NCBI GenBank assembly: GCA_964248365.1
Contig: CAXTYC010000003.1
Span: forward strand, 32,001 to 96,000
Source of the DNA: an uncultured Chroococcidiopsis sp.
GTDB taxonomy: Bacteria > Cyanobacteriota > Cyanobacteriia > Cyanobacteriales > Chroococcidiopsidaceae
Direction of reading: 5' to 3'
DNA: 64,000 nucleotides
Below the pieces are notes generated by a model. That model did no database searches. It was not told the origin of the DNA and worked only from the letters and a program-made list of their open reading frames with translations. This document shows positions 42,711 through 53,550 of the stretch, in pieces (position 1 is the first letter of the stretch; each line of letters starts with the position of its first letter). Both the position numbers and the translations under genes were made by a program.

Positions 42711-42897
42711 GGAAAGCAGGGGGAGAGTGGGAATCAGGGGAGATGGACAAGATGAAGAATTAACTATTCTGTCTTCTGTCTTCACAACTTTTGACTTCTA
42801 TCTCCTCACCTCCTCACCTCCTCACCTCCTTTTTCCTTTCCCTTTGCCTTTCTTTGCCTCCCGCCAGTTTATTCAATTACAGGAGCGCTTATTAACT

Positions 42898-43263
42898 ATG
42901 TTTGGTCAAACCGGACTAGGCAGTAGCAGACTCAGCGGAGCAGAAAATCGGATGTTTCGCTACGAAGTCGAGGGTATGCGTCAGACTTACGAATCTGATC
43001 AGTTGAGCTATCCGATTCGCAGTAGTGGTAGCTTTTATATCTCAGTGCCTTACAACCGGATGAATGAAGAAATGCAGCGAATTCACCGGATGGGGGGTAG
43101 AATCGTCAGCATTGAGCCTTTGACTCTTGATGGTAACAGTAGCGCTAAAACAGAAGCTACAACAGCTAACCAAAACCTTGAGGCTCAAGGCAAAAACAAA
43201 GCAGCAGGAGCCGATCTACCGAAAAAGAGCGAAGCTAAAGCCTCTGAGGAATCAGAAAGCTAA
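42898..43263 (+). CDS. cpcD: Rod-capping linker CpcD-like paralogue with ~45-aa low-complexity tail
   Basis: MFGQT...R.FRYEV.G.RQ...IRSSGS..I.VPYNRMNEEMQRI.RMGG.IV.IEPL; AGGAG SD before ATG 42898. Confidence 0.85.
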   Translation: MFGQTGLGSSRLSGAENRMFRYEVEGMRQTYESDQLSYPIRSSGSFYISVPYNRMNEEMQRIHRMGGRIVSIEPLTLDGNSSAKTEATTANQNLEAQGKNKAAGADLPKKSEAKASEESES

Positions 43264-43413
43264 TGCCGCTAATTAGCTATTAGCTTTTAGCTTTTAGTAT
43301 TTGTGTGACTCATGGTTTTCAAAGATAAATATTCTTCACAAGCTATTATTCACACAGATAAACCATAGCTAACAGCTAACTGCTAACAGCTAATCAATTA
43401 TAGGAGAATAACA

Positions 43414-43677
43414 ATGTTTGGTCAAACAACAGTTGGTACTGGCGGCATTTCTTCAGATGGCAGCCGTGTTTTTCGTTTTGAAGTAGTGGGTTTACGTCAG
43501 AACGAAGAAAATGACAAAAATAACTACGAGATTCGGCGTAGTGGCAGTGTGTTCATAACTGTGCCTTACAATCGCATGAGTGAAGAAATGCAACGGATTA
43601 GCCGTATGGGTGGCAAGATTGTCAACATTGAGCCATTGACTGCCGAAAGCGCACTCAAGCCAGACAGCCAAGCGTAA
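43414..43677 (+). CDS. cpcD: Rod-capping linker CpcD
   Basis: MFGQTT...SRVFRFEVVGLRQ...IRRSGSVFITVPYNRMSEEMQRI.RMGGKIV.IEPL. Confidence 0.95.
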   Translation: MFGQTTVGTGGISSDGSRVFRFEVVGLRQNEENDKNNYEIRRSGSVFITVPYNRMSEEMQRISRMGGKIVNIEPLTAESALKPDSQA

Positions 43678-43699
43678 ATGGGGAGCAACAGAGCGATTA

Positions 43700-44527
43700 A
43701 TGTTGGAGTCTAGGGGGGAAGAAGATTCCGTAGCAGTAGCACAGCCGCTGACGGTCGAACAAGCGATCGCCAACTTAAAATCTGAAGATTTAAGTCTCCG
43801 CTACTATGCCGCCTGGTGGTTGGGGAGATTTCGCGTTTCTGAAAAAGCTGCTATAGAGGCTCTCATAGCAGCTTTGTCGGATGAAGACTATCGCACCGAA
43901 CTAGGAGACTACCCCCTGCGCCGCAATGCAGCCAGGGCATTGGGTAAACTGGGCGATAGCTTGGCTGTGCCAGAACTAATTCGCTCTCTAGACTGCTCCG
44001 ACTTCTACGTGCGCGAGGCAGCTGCCCAGTCTCTTGAAATGCTACGCGATCCATCTGCTATACCAGCCTTGATGGAACTCCTAGCGGGTGGTGTAGCAGC
44101 TGCTATACAAGTACCAGGAAGACCTCACTTAACCCAGCCCTACGACAGTGTACTCGAAGCATTGGGTTCTCTCCAGGCAAAAGCAGCAGTGCCTGAAATT
44201 GAGCCATTTATAAACCATCCAATGCCAAAGGTACAATACGCCGCACTCAGAGCAATGTACCAACTAACTGGGGACGATGCCTATGGGCAGCGCTTGATGG
44301 CTGGTTTGTCAAGTGAGGATGTTAAACGGCGGCGGGTAGTGTTGGCAGATTTGGGCGCGATTGGCTATTTACCAGCAGCAGAGGCGATCGCCCATTGTGC
44401 AGTTGAAAATAGCTTTAAACTCTTTGCCCTCAAAGGACTGCTAGAGCATCAAATTCAACCCGACAAACCAGTCGAGCTATCCGATGCCGCCATTCGGGTG
44501 ATGAACCTGATGGATTCCTTGTTATAG
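43700..44527 (+). CDS. cpcE: Phycocyanin alpha-subunit lyase CpcE
   Basis: LRYYAAWWLG, YPLRRNAARALGKL, DFYVREAAAQSL HEAT repeats; ends MDSLL. Confidence 0.95.
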   Translation: MLESRGEEDSVAVAQPLTVEQAIANLKSEDLSLRYYAAWWLGRFRVSEKAAIEALIAALSDEDYRTELGDYPLRRNAARALGKLGDSLAVPELIRSLDCSDFYVREAAAQSLEMLRDPSAIPALMELLAGGVAAAIQVPGRPHLTQPYDSVLEALGSLQAKAAVPEIEPFINHPMPKVQYAALRAMYQLTGDDAYGQRLMAGLSSEDVKRRRVVLADLGAIGYLPAAEAIAHCAVENSFKLFALKGLLEHQIQPDKPVELSDAAIRVMNLMDSLL

Positions 44528-44720
44528 GGGTGAGAGGCTAAGGGCTAGAGGAACTAGAGGCTAGAGGCGAGTGAATTTTGGGGACCATAGATTTTGGATA
44601 AGAGATTGAAATTTATCCTCTGCCCCCCTGCCCCCCTCTTCCCCCCAACCCCACTACGCGAGTGACCCCCCTGCCCCCCTGCTTTACTAGTCCCTAGCCC
44701 CAAGCCCCAAGCCCCCTCCA

Positions 44721-45338
44721 ATGACTAATGCCCAAATCCAAGAACTGATTCGTGCCGTTGAACTTGCCGACTCTCCCGCTCGACTGGTGGCGGCAGTGCA
44801 AAATTTGGCAGCAGCCAAAGATGAGGCGGCAATTTCGACTCTGATTGCCGTGTTGGGCTACAACAACCCAACGGCGGCGGCGGTAGCAGTAGATGGGTTG
44901 ATTGGTTTGGGTTCATCAGCAGTCCAGCCTTTGATGGAACAGCTCGATGAATATAACTATGGTGCAAGGGCTTATTCAATTCGCGCTCTAGCGGCGATCG
45001 CCGATCCCCGCGCCCTAGATTTATTAATACTTGCCGCTGCCACAGACTTCGCCCCCAGCGTCCGCCGCGCCGCTACTAAGGGGCTGGGAACCTTGCGCTG
45101 GAGCGATCTGGAGGCAATTGAGCGCTCTTTAGCTCAAACTAAAGCCCTCCAGACGCTGTTATCAGTCTCTCAAGACCCCGACTGGTCAATTCGTTACGCC
45201 GCAGTCGTCGGCTTGCAAGCCCTCGCCTCAATGCCCGATTTAAAAGAGCAAATATCGGCACAGTTGAAGCAAATAGCTCAAACAGACTCTGACACAGCTG
45301 TGAGGGCGCGAGGGGCGATCGCGCAACAACTGTTTTAA
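44721..45338 (+). CDS. cpcF: Phycocyanin alpha-subunit lyase CpcF
   Basis: LGYNNP.AA..AVDGL, YNYGARA, DFAPSVRRAA.KGLG. Confidence 0.95.
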   Translation: MTNAQIQELIRAVELADSPARLVAAVQNLAAAKDEAAISTLIAVLGYNNPTAAAVAVDGLIGLGSSAVQPLMEQLDEYNYGARAYSIRALAAIADPRALDLLILAAATDFAPSVRRAATKGLGTLRWSDLEAIERSLAQTKALQTLLSVSQDPDWSIRYAAVVGLQALASMPDLKEQISAQLKQIAQTDSDTAVRARGAIAQQLF

Positions 45339-45495
45339 ATTTGGCGCAAAAAAATAAATCCTGCTAGGTATTGGGTAAACCGTTCGGCAATCGGCGTGAG
45401 GCGAAGCCTAGCCGCGAACGAAATATCTCTAAAAGAGGGCAGGATTTATTTTTCAAGCCTTCCTCTATCTACACATATAAAAATAGGTCAATAAG

Positions 45496-46335
45496 ATGTC
45501 AGTGCCATTACTTGAAGTTACACCAACTACTCAAAATCAGCGCGTCGAAGGTTACGAAGTACCAGACGAGGACGATGCAAAAATCTACCGATTGACAGAT
45601 GTCACCTCAGAAACGGCAATCCAAGACCTGATCTGGGCAGGATATCGGCAAATTTTCAGCGAACATTTGATTTTAGAAAGCTATCGGCAACAGTACCTCG
45701 AATCCCAGCTACGGAATCGCGCCATTACCGTACGGGACTTTATTCGGGGCTTGGGCAAGTCGGAAGTCTACCGCCGACTAGTAGGAGAAACCAACTCCAA
45801 CTATCGCTTAGTTGATATTAGCTTTAAGCGGTTCTTGGGACGGGCTACCTATAACAAAGATGAGCAGATTGCTTGGTCGATTGTGATTGCCACCAAGGGA
45901 TTACCAGGCTTCATTGATGCCCTAGTTGATAGTGACGAGTACCGCCAGAGCTTTGGCGATTATATCGTACCCTACCAGCGCCGCCGCTACAAAGAGCGTC
46001 CGTTTAACTTAGTTAACCCCCGTTATGGTTCTGACTGGCGCGATCGCCAATCCTTACAATCCCTAGCAGGGCGTTCTTTCTATCAAGCCCGCCAAACTGG
46101 GGAAGTTACCAAAGAAGTGGTACGGCGAGCTATTCCCGCCAACTTTATGGCGATGGCTGGTGGTATCAGATCTCAAGAAGTCAACTACCAGCGATCGCGC
46201 GATCGGGTACTCTCGCAAATCAAAAATATGGATATTCCTGAAATGACTCGTGAGGGCAATTCTGGACGCACAGTTAAACCTGTAGAAGTAGCTTTGCCTT
46301 ACCGCTATATTCCCAAGACAAACCCACCAGCTTAA
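45496..46335 (+). CDS. cpcG1: Rod-core linker CpcG1
   Basis: PLLE..P.TQNQRV.GYEV; 279 aa ending LPYRYIP, like CpcG1 of heterocystous taxa. Confidence 0.9.
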   Translation: MSVPLLEVTPTTQNQRVEGYEVPDEDDAKIYRLTDVTSETAIQDLIWAGYRQIFSEHLILESYRQQYLESQLRNRAITVRDFIRGLGKSEVYRRLVGETNSNYRLVDISFKRFLGRATYNKDEQIAWSIVIATKGLPGFIDALVDSDEYRQSFGDYIVPYQRRRYKERPFNLVNPRYGSDWRDRQSLQSLAGRSFYQARQTGEVTKEVVRRAIPANFMAMAGGIRSQEVNYQRSRDRVLSQIKNMDIPEMTREGNSGRTVKPVEVALPYRYIPKTNPPA

Positions 46336-46489
46336 GAAGGGAAAGGGGAAAAGGGAAAGGGCAAAAGGGGAATTAAAAAGCCAACAGCGCGTCCCTTGTG
46401 CGTTCCCAACTACCAACTACCTGTACAGACGTAGCACAAGCTCGTCTCTACCAATTCTTCATCCTTTACACTTCATACTTTGATTAGTC

Positions 46490-47233
46490 ATGCCAATTCC
46501 TCTACTTGAATATCAGCCGCGCTCTCAAAACCAGCGTGTACCTGGCTACGAAGTAGCCAACGAAGACACACCCTGGATTTATCGACTGGAAGACTGTACC
46601 TCAGCTAACGACATTCAGGAATTAATCTGGGCTGCCTACCGCCAAATTTTTAGCGAACACCTAACCCTCCAATCTAACCGCCAGATTCAATTAGAATCCC
46701 AACTAAAGAACCGCTCCATAACCGTCCGCGACTTTATCCGAGGTTTGGCGAAATCTGAAGTGTTCCGTCGCCTAGTGGTTGAGACAAACACTAATTATCG
46801 GCTGGTGGAAGTCTGTTTGAAGCGACTATTAGGACGCGCTCCTTATAACAAAGACGAAGAAATTGCTTGGTCTATTAAAGTTGCAACACTCGGTTGGGGC
46901 GGCTTTGTCGATGCCCTTGTAGACAGTGAGGAGTACCAAAACAATTTTGGTGACACCACAGTACCATATCAACGCCGTCGCTTCAAAGACCGACCATTTA
47001 ACCTGGTAACACCTCGTTACGGAAAAGAGTGGGGCGACAAACTTGAAAGAGAGCGCTATAAGTCGGGTGAGGTGAAGAACTTCATGGACATGGCTCGTTC
47101 TCTCAACATCACTCCAGTTATTCCCAAGCCAGTCCAAACCGCTAACATTCAAATTCCCGACATGACAAGGGATAATAAACAAGGAGCGCCTGTTTCTGTC
47201 AACCCCTCCGCTAGTTTCCCTGTGCGGTTATAG
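46490..47233 (+). CDS. cpcG2: Rod-core linker CpcG2
   Basis: PLLEY.P.SQNQRV.GYEV; 247 aa; IPDMTR C-terminal motif. Confidence 0.88.
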   Translation: MPIPLLEYQPRSQNQRVPGYEVANEDTPWIYRLEDCTSANDIQELIWAAYRQIFSEHLTLQSNRQIQLESQLKNRSITVRDFIRGLAKSEVFRRLVVETNTNYRLVEVCLKRLLGRAPYNKDEEIAWSIKVATLGWGGFVDALVDSEEYQNNFGDTTVPYQRRRFKDRPFNLVTPRYGKEWGDKLERERYKSGEVKNFMDMARSLNITPVIPKPVQTANIQIPDMTRDNKQGAPVSVNPSASFPVRL

Positions 47234-47389
47234 CAGTCAGTGCCGAGGATGAATGATGAATGATGAAAAAGAATATGTTTCATAATTCATCATTTATAAT
47301 TCATCATTTTCCTGACATGGGGGAAAGACACGAAATATCACGTCTCTACGCTTGATCGTTCTTTAAACTTTTTTAACGGAGAACCTAGC

Positions 47390-48154
47390 ATGGCACTGCC
47401 GTTGCTTGAATACAAACCAACAACACAAAACCACCGCGTCAGTAGCTTTGGCACTGCGGATCAAAACGAAGATACTCCATACATCTACCGTATAGAGGAT
47501 ACTTTTTCTCTCACCGAGATTCAAAACCTGATTTGGGCTGCTTATCGTCAGGTTTTCAGTGAGCATGAAACCCTGAGAGCCAACCGTCAGGTACAACTAG
47601 AATCCCAACTGAAGAATCGCAACATCTCAGTGCGCGACTTCATTCGGGGACTGGCAAAGACAGAGAGATTTTACCAGATAGTTGTTGCTGTTAACAACAA
47701 CTATCGTTTGGTAGATATTTGTCTGAAGCGTTTCTTAGGTCGTTCGTCTTATAACAAAGACGAACAAATCGCTTGGTCAATTAAAACTGCGACGTTAGGA
47801 TTCTACGGCTTTGTCGATGCTTTGCTTGACAGCGAAGAGTATACTGATGCGTTTGGGGATAACACTGTACCTTACCAGCGTAAGCGGATGGAAGGCAGAC
47901 CCTTCAATTTAGTAACTCCTCGCTATGGTGAAGACTTCCGCGAAAGTGCTGGTACAACCAAAAACGACTGGCGCTTTACCTTGGAAGAGTACTACAGCCG
48001 CAAGTCCCAAGAACGTCGGCTACCCGAAGGAGATCCCCGCAAGTATAGCGATATGGCAGCTGCTGTCACTCCCAAGCGTAACTATGCTCAAGGTGTCTCT
48101 GCCTTCGATATTGACTACTTAAGCCTAGTACCTTCAAGGAATAGCAAACGCTAG
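47390..48154 (+). CDS. cpcG: Rod-core linker (CpcG4-type)
   Basis: [30 protein letters not shown]; no hydrophobic C-terminal anchor, so not CpcL. Confidence 0.88.
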   Translation: MALPLLEYKPTTQNHRVSSFGTADQNEDTPYIYRIEDTFSLTEIQNLIWAAYRQVFSEHETLRANRQVQLESQLKNRNISVRDFIRGLAKTERFYQIVVAVNNNYRLVDICLKRFLGRSSYNKDEQIAWSIKTATLGFYGFVDALLDSEEYTDAFGDNTVPYQRKRMEGRPFNLVTPRYGEDFRESAGTTKNDWRFTLEEYYSRKSQERRLPEGDPRKYSDMAAAVTPKRNYAQGVSAFDIDYLSLVPSRNSKR

Positions 48155-48195
48155 AATCTCAGTTGAGATTTCAGCTATTTCTTAACATCACTTAG

Positions 48196-48280
48196 CTGGG
48201 TCTAGTTTCCACGCTGATTTGACGATTATCTAACAGTTTTGCTGTTAGCCAATGTCAAGTCAAGTGGCGACTAGACCCAG
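48196..48280 (+). terminator. Long imperfect hairpin at the 3' end of the cpc operon
   Basis: ctgggtctagt..ccac..tgatttgac..ctaacag / ctgttag..gtcaagtca..gtgg..actagacccag. Confidence 0.6.
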
Positions 48281-48427
48281 TAGTTTTAGTAATTCGTAAT
48301 TCGTAATTTTGAGGGTAAAGAGGTATTGCGGTAAAAGGGAAAAGGGAAAAGGGGAAAGGGCAAAGGGCAAAGGATGAAAGCAGCAAGTATAAATTAACAC
48401 TTCTCTCCCTCTCCCCAAGGCTCTCTT

Positions 48428-50308
48428 TCACGCTGGGACCTGAATTTCATTGCTACCAGACAAGCCAAAAGCGGCGTGAATTGCTTGCAGCGCGGCAACG
48501 CCCTGCTGTTGGGCAACAACACAACTGATTTTGATTTCCGAGGTGGCAATCATTTGAATGTTGATCTGATGCTGTGCCAATGCTTCAAACATTTTTGCTG
48601 CTACACCAGGTTGACCAACCATACCTGCACCGACAATACTTACCTTGGCGATCGCACTATCAACCACAACTTCACCCCAGCCTAAATTTGCTGCTGCTTG
48701 TTCCAGAGTTTTTCTAGCAGCTTCTGTATCCATCTGCGCTAGGGTGAAAGCAATATCCCGTGTCGGCACACCATTAACAATCCGGCAGCGCTGGGATTGA
48801 ATAATCATATCAACACTGATATTATGCTGCGCTAACAATCCAAATAGCTTCGCTGCCATACCAGGATGATCTGGCACTTGACGAATAGCTAAACGCGCTT
48901 GGTTGAGATCCAGGGCAACCCCTCTTACGGGAGGATCTGGGGAAGCTGGGGAAGTTGGGGAGAGTTGTTGAGGTAGATTGTCTGTTTGTATTCTGCCCCT
49001 CTGCCCCTCTGCTCCTCTGCCCCTCTGCCCTTCTACTAACTCCTCGCCCCTGACTTCAAATACCTCCCTCAGTGCTGCAACAGCGCGATCGCCATCTGCT
49101 GTATTAATCACACAGCTTACTTTCACTTCTGAGGTGGAGATCATTTGGATATTTACGCCAGCATCAGAGAGGGTAGCGAACATTTGCGCCGCTACCCCAG
49201 GACGACCAATCATTCCCGCCCCAGAAATACTTACCTTAGCGATCTGCTGCTGTACCATCACCTCAGCTTCTCCTACCTTGGGGTTTGGTTGAGAGCGTAG
49301 AACAGGGGCGATAGCAGCCGCTACAGCTTCCGCCTGCTTCAAAATTGGCGTAGCTACAGTAAAAGCAATATCGTTCGTATTCCCCTCATGAATTGACTGA
49401 ATAATCAAATCTACATCCAAATTCTGACGGGCAATTTCCCCAAACAACCGCGCCGCCACACCTGGGCGATCGGGTACTCGCAACAATGCTACCTTAGCCC
49501 CGTCAGGATCGAATTCCACTCCATCGACAGGACGGGCGATTTCTAAATTTACTAAAGATCTCGGTTGAGGTATGGGTGAAACTACCCGCGTACCTGGTTC
49601 ATCTGTCCAACTAGAGCGAACTACTAGAGGCATCCCATAGTTACGAGCAATTTCTACGGCACGAGGATGCAATACCTTAGCCCCCAAGCTAGCTAGTTCT
49701 AGCATTTCATCACAAGTAATTTCAGCCATTAGCTGAGCATCTGGAACCAGCCGAGGATCTGTTGTCAAAATTCCAGGTACATCGGTGTAGATTTCGCAAT
49801 AGTCAGCTTGTAGAGCCGCTGCGATCGCAACCGCTGAAGTATCTGATCCACCACGCCCCAGGGTAGTTATTTCTAATTCCTCAATGCTGCTGATTCCTTG
49901 AAACCCTGCTACAACCACAACTTTGCCATTTTGTAAATGCCGTGCAACTCGCTCGGTTTGAATATGTAAAATCCTCGCGCGGGTGTGTTCTGCTTCGGTA
50001 ACAATTCCCACTTGTGCGCCTGTCAGGGAAATTGCTGGTTGTCCCAATTGTTGCAACGCCATACTCAACAGGGCAATTGATACTTGTTCCCCAGTCGAGA
50101 GCAGCATATCCATTTCCCGACGACTGGGATTAGTGGAAACAGCGTGAGCTAATTTGACCAGTTCATCAGTAGACTTACCCATTGCTGAAACTACTACCAC
50201 AACTGAGTTTCCAGCTTCGACTGTTTTGTGAACTCGATTTGCTACTGATACAATGCGTTCAACTGAACCAACAGAAGTGCCACCGTATTTCTGGACAATT
50301 AGCGCCAT
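48428..50308 (-). CDS. lysC: Aspartate kinase (cyanobacterial 4-ACT type)
   Basis: VQKYGGTSV, TTLGRGGSDTSA, YTDVPGILTTDPR, ACT repeats; repeat-derived linker at ~48935-49050. Confidence 0.97.
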   Translation of the reverse strand: MALIVQKYGGTSVGSVERIVSVANRVHKTVEAGNSVVVVVSAMGKSTDELVKLAHAVSTNPSRREMDMLLSTGEQVSIALLSMALQQLGQPAISLTGAQVGIVTEAEHTRARILHIQTERVARHLQNGKVVVVAGFQGISSIEELEITTLGRGGSDTSAVAIAAALQADYCEIYTDVPGILTTDPRLVPDAQLMAEITCDEMLELASLGAKVLHPRAVEIARNYGMPLVVRSSWTDEPGTRVVSPIPQPRSLVNLEIARPVDGVEFDPDGAKVALLRVPDRPGVAARLFGEIARQNLDVDLIIQSIHEGNTNDIAFTVATPILKQAEAVAAAIAPVLRSQPNPKVGEAEVMVQQQIAKVSISGAGMIGRPGVAAQMFATLSDAGVNIQMISTSEVKVSCVINTADGDRAVAALREVFEVRGEELVEGQRGRGAEGQRGRIQTDNLPQQLSPTSPASPDPPVRGVALDLNQARLAIRQVPDHPGMAAKLFGLLAQHNISVDMIIQSQRCRIVNGVPTRDIAFTLAQMDTEAARKTLEQAAANLGWGEVVVDSAIAKVSIVGAGMVGQPGVAAKMFEALAQHQINIQMIATSEIKISCVVAQQQGVAALQAIHAAFGLSGSNEIQVPA

Positions 50309-50516
50309 AATTTTATCTTCCACCAATCCCGCCTGCAAGTAGACGCAGCGATCACCTAAATCACAGGTTAATTTCGCCTGTAAAGTATTGCCAGCCTATT
50401 ATTTTAACTAACTTTTACTACCGAGTTAGGTTAAATATTTTAAACTTACACTTTTTTTAGTATTTTTACTGTTGTATCTATCGGCAAACTGTATTCCCGA
50501 ATTGCATATTTAACAG

Positions 50517-50657
50517 CTATAGCAATCCTATTTGAGTTGTGAGATTTACTTTTTTAACGTAGACCGAAGGGCTTGCCGCAGGCTACCGCAGAGTCGCAGA
50601 GGACACAGAGGTAAGAAAGAGAGAGAAAATTTCATTAATTATTTAAGCTTGCTATAG
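50517..50657. mobile_element. MITE-like element with CTATAGCAA terminal inverted repeats
   Basis: ctatagcaatcctatttgagttgtga ... tcattaattatttaagcttgctatag; internal accgcagag...cacagaggtaaga motif also found at ~17306-17346. Confidence 0.7.
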
Positions 50658-50950
50658 TCAATTTAATTATTATATTTATTTTATTAATAACTTAGGTGTA
50701 TTCCCTAAGTTGCTAAGGCAAATTTGCTGTGTGACAACACTATATCTAACAAATATTGTAGATATTAACCAATTATATTTGTGTTAATTATACCAGTTTT
50801 AGTATTTAGTCTATCTAACTATTGCAATCATTTTTCCGTATTTTCACTCAATTTATAAAATTTTGAATAAAGTTTTATTCACCTGCCTGACGCTAACATC
50901 ACTGTCAAATAATATGAAATAGAAATTTGTATTCATAATGGAAGCTCACT

Positions 50951-53488
50951 ATGGCGAAGAAAGCACCGAAATCATCTCAAAAAAAATTTCTTAAAGATGC
51001 TTTGCAAACAAAATTTACTCTTTATAATTATGCTGGGCAAGAAAAGTCCTACTATTTAGTAAATAAAATTAATTTAGAAAGAAAGCCTGATGATACCAAA
51101 AAATCAGTAGCACATAGCATTATTATTATTGACCGCTCTGGTTCAATGTATTATGATATCCAGGCATTGAAAGAAACTTTGATAAAGCTGTTGACCTTAG
51201 ATGAATACACCAATTTACAGCTAGTTATTACCCTGATATCGTATTCTTCCAAGGGAGATGTTACTAGCCACTTCCAACGAATTCCTATTCAAGAAGTGAT
51301 GAAAAATAACTCTCCATACATCCAAGAAATCAAAAGAATTCAAGCTGGCTGTCTCACCTGCATATCTCAGGCAATGCAACTTGCCAAATCTCTGATTCAA
51401 GAGGGAGAACTGACTGCCATAACCTTACATAGTGACGGCTATGCCAATGATAGCAGCCCTAGTTCAGAAGCCAAAGCTCTAGAAGAGATATGCGGACAAC
51501 TGAAAAGCATGGATGTTTTCGTAAACACTATTGCTTATTCCTATGCTTCTGACTTCAAACTGCTGTCTAAAATTGCCAATACTGTTTCAGGTTTTTGCAT
51601 CAAAGCAGGCAATGTTCAAGAAGTTTATGACACGATTTACAGCACTTCTAAACTACTAGGTAGTTCAGTTGCTCCTGCAATGGAAGAATCTTTAGGAGCA
51701 GATTACACTTATCAGATTTTTCTGTCAAAGAGTGCGAAGAAAATTAATGGCACATCAGGCACACTGAAAATATTTGGACTCAAAGCAGAGGATGAGATAA
51801 TTATATACAAATACAAGCAAATCACCAAAGAAGCTTTTGAACAACTAGCAGATGTACCTGTTGCCCAAAATCATGAATCTGTTTATGCATTTGCCAAGGC
51901 AAATTTGGCTGAGGGAAATCTGAATACTGCCAAGTATGCGATCGCTAGTACCTTTGATACTACCTTAACAGAAAGACACGCCAAAGCGTTAACAAATGCC
52001 CAAATTGCAGACTTTGCCCAAGATATTGACATAATTCTATTTTATCCTACAGTATTGCGTGAGCATGAAATTGGCGATCGCGTAAAAGTTAATGACAAAA
52101 TTTCCCTGCTAGAACTAATCAAAATATTTGAGCAACATCGCAGCAGCATCATTATCAACATCAAGCACCTGCAAGAAAATTATCAAAGAAAAGGCATCAA
52201 GAGAATTAAAGGCTCTAGAGATGAAAATGGCAACCTTGTTAAACCTTGGTTGACAACAGAATATACAGACAAGTGTGACTATGTTGGCATGGGTTCATTT
52301 GAGATTAATCGCAACACTGCCACCATTAATATGCTCATTACCCGCAAAACCAAACTTATCAAAATTGCAGACAAAACGCCAATTATAGAAGTTGCAGGTT
52401 TGCTAGTAAACGATCTTGTTACCTTTAATAATTACACTATTGTCAGTGACGGTGAATTAAACGTTAAGTCGCTCCAAGTCAAAATCAGCAGTAAAAAAGC
52501 GTTTGACTTACTAAAGGAAACCAATGTACTTGAACTGAATGTCCCAGTAGAAGAATTTGACTTTCGAGCCGAATATACTATCAAACTAGATAATTTACCG
52601 CTTGTGCCTTTTGATGCACATTACAGTAGTATTGATGGCTTGTTCTATCAGCTAGCCGAAATTAAAGTACTTTCTAGTATCATCTCGGCTCACCTAAAAG
52701 AGGAATCCGATGTTTTTTTGCCGGAACAGTTGTCAGAACTAAAAAATCATTATCTCTCAAAGAGTCTTTATCTCAACTTTCCGACAACCAATGAATACAC
52801 CGACATCAAAGAGGCTCTTGCTAATGGCACTGTTGATTCACGAGTAAGCTATAAAATCGACATTGGTAGCAAGGATATTTTAAACCTCGGTAAACTCCAT
52901 AGTGCTAACAAATTCCTCGACAGAATGTATCAGGTTTACGACACAGAAACTGGAGAAATTTTCGAGAAACCTACCTTTGACTTAGCTTTAAATCAAAATA
53001 TCGCTTTCAGACACAAGCAACTATCATCCCGCACGAAGATAACGAAAGTGGATGATTTTATGAAGCCGATTTTTGACGACTTTCTCGGACTTGAGGCTAA
53101 CGGAATAATTACGGCTATTTTATCAAAAGTAGGCGCAGATAATCTGGTACGGGTGTTACAAGATAAGTGGAATAACCAGCTCACTAATAAACAGGAAATG
53201 GTTACAGCTTTGACTGCTGCAAATATAAAGCTTGATGAATATGCAGAAAGAATTTACCGAGATAAGATTTGTCCCTTGGTTTTCTACATAGGCTCTACTG
53301 GACTATTGCCGGATGAAATGGAGGCAACATCAGCAACTGCTGATGAACTTGCTGCTAAATACGGTAATTTACAGTTTTCTCGTGATGAGCAAGAAGGAAC
53401 ATTTTTTGAAGTTGGTAATAGCATTATTAGCGTGTACGCCAAAAATGAGTATTACAGCATAAAACCTGCTGTTGGTGTTGAAGATTAG
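50951..53488 (+). CDS. VWA-domain protein with long uncharacterised C-terminal region
   Basis: MIDAS motif IIIIDRSGSM, later ITLHSDG and VNTIAY; AT-rich coding sequence. Confidence 0.82.
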   Translation: MAKKAPKSSQKKFLKDALQTKFTLYNYAGQEKSYYLVNKINLERKPDDTKKSVAHSIIIIDRSGSMYYDIQALKETLIKLLTLDEYTNLQLVITLISYSSKGDVTSHFQRIPIQEVMKNNSPYIQEIKRIQAGCLTCISQAMQLAKSLIQEGELTAITLHSDGYANDSSPSSEAKALEEICGQLKSMDVFVNTIAYSYASDFKLLSKIANTVSGFCIKAGNVQEVYDTIYSTSKLLGSSVAPAMEESLGADYTYQIFLSKSAKKINGTSGTLKIFGLKAEDEIIIYKYKQITKEAFEQLADVPVAQNHESVYAFAKANLAEGNLNTAKYAIASTFDTTLTERHAKALTNAQIADFAQDIDIILFYPTVLREHEIGDRVKVNDKISLLELIKIFEQHRSSIIINIKHLQENYQRKGIKRIKGSRDENGNLVKPWLTTEYTDKCDYVGMGSFEINRNTATINMLITRKTKLIKIADKTPIIEVAGLLVNDLVTFNNYTIVSDGELNVKSLQVKISSKKAFDLLKETNVLELNVPVEEFDFRAEYTIKLDNLPLVPFDAHYSSIDGLFYQLAEIKVLSSIISAHLKEESDVFLPEQLSELKNHYLSKSLYLNFPTTNEYTDIKEALANGTVDSRVSYKIDIGSKDILNLGKLHSANKFLDRMYQVYDTETGEIFEKPTFDLALNQNIAFRHKQLSSRTKITKVDDFMKPIFDDFLGLEANGIITAILSKVGADNLVRVLQDKWNNQLTNKQEMVTALTAANIKLDEYAERIYRDKICPLVFYIGSTGLLPDEMEATSATADELAAKYGNLQFSRDEQEGTFFEVGNSIISVYAKNEYYSIKPAVGVED

Positions 53489-53550
53489 GAGCTAAATTGA
53501 ATCGTCACGTAGAGGAAACAGAGGAAGATTGCTAACTGTGTCTACCTCTG

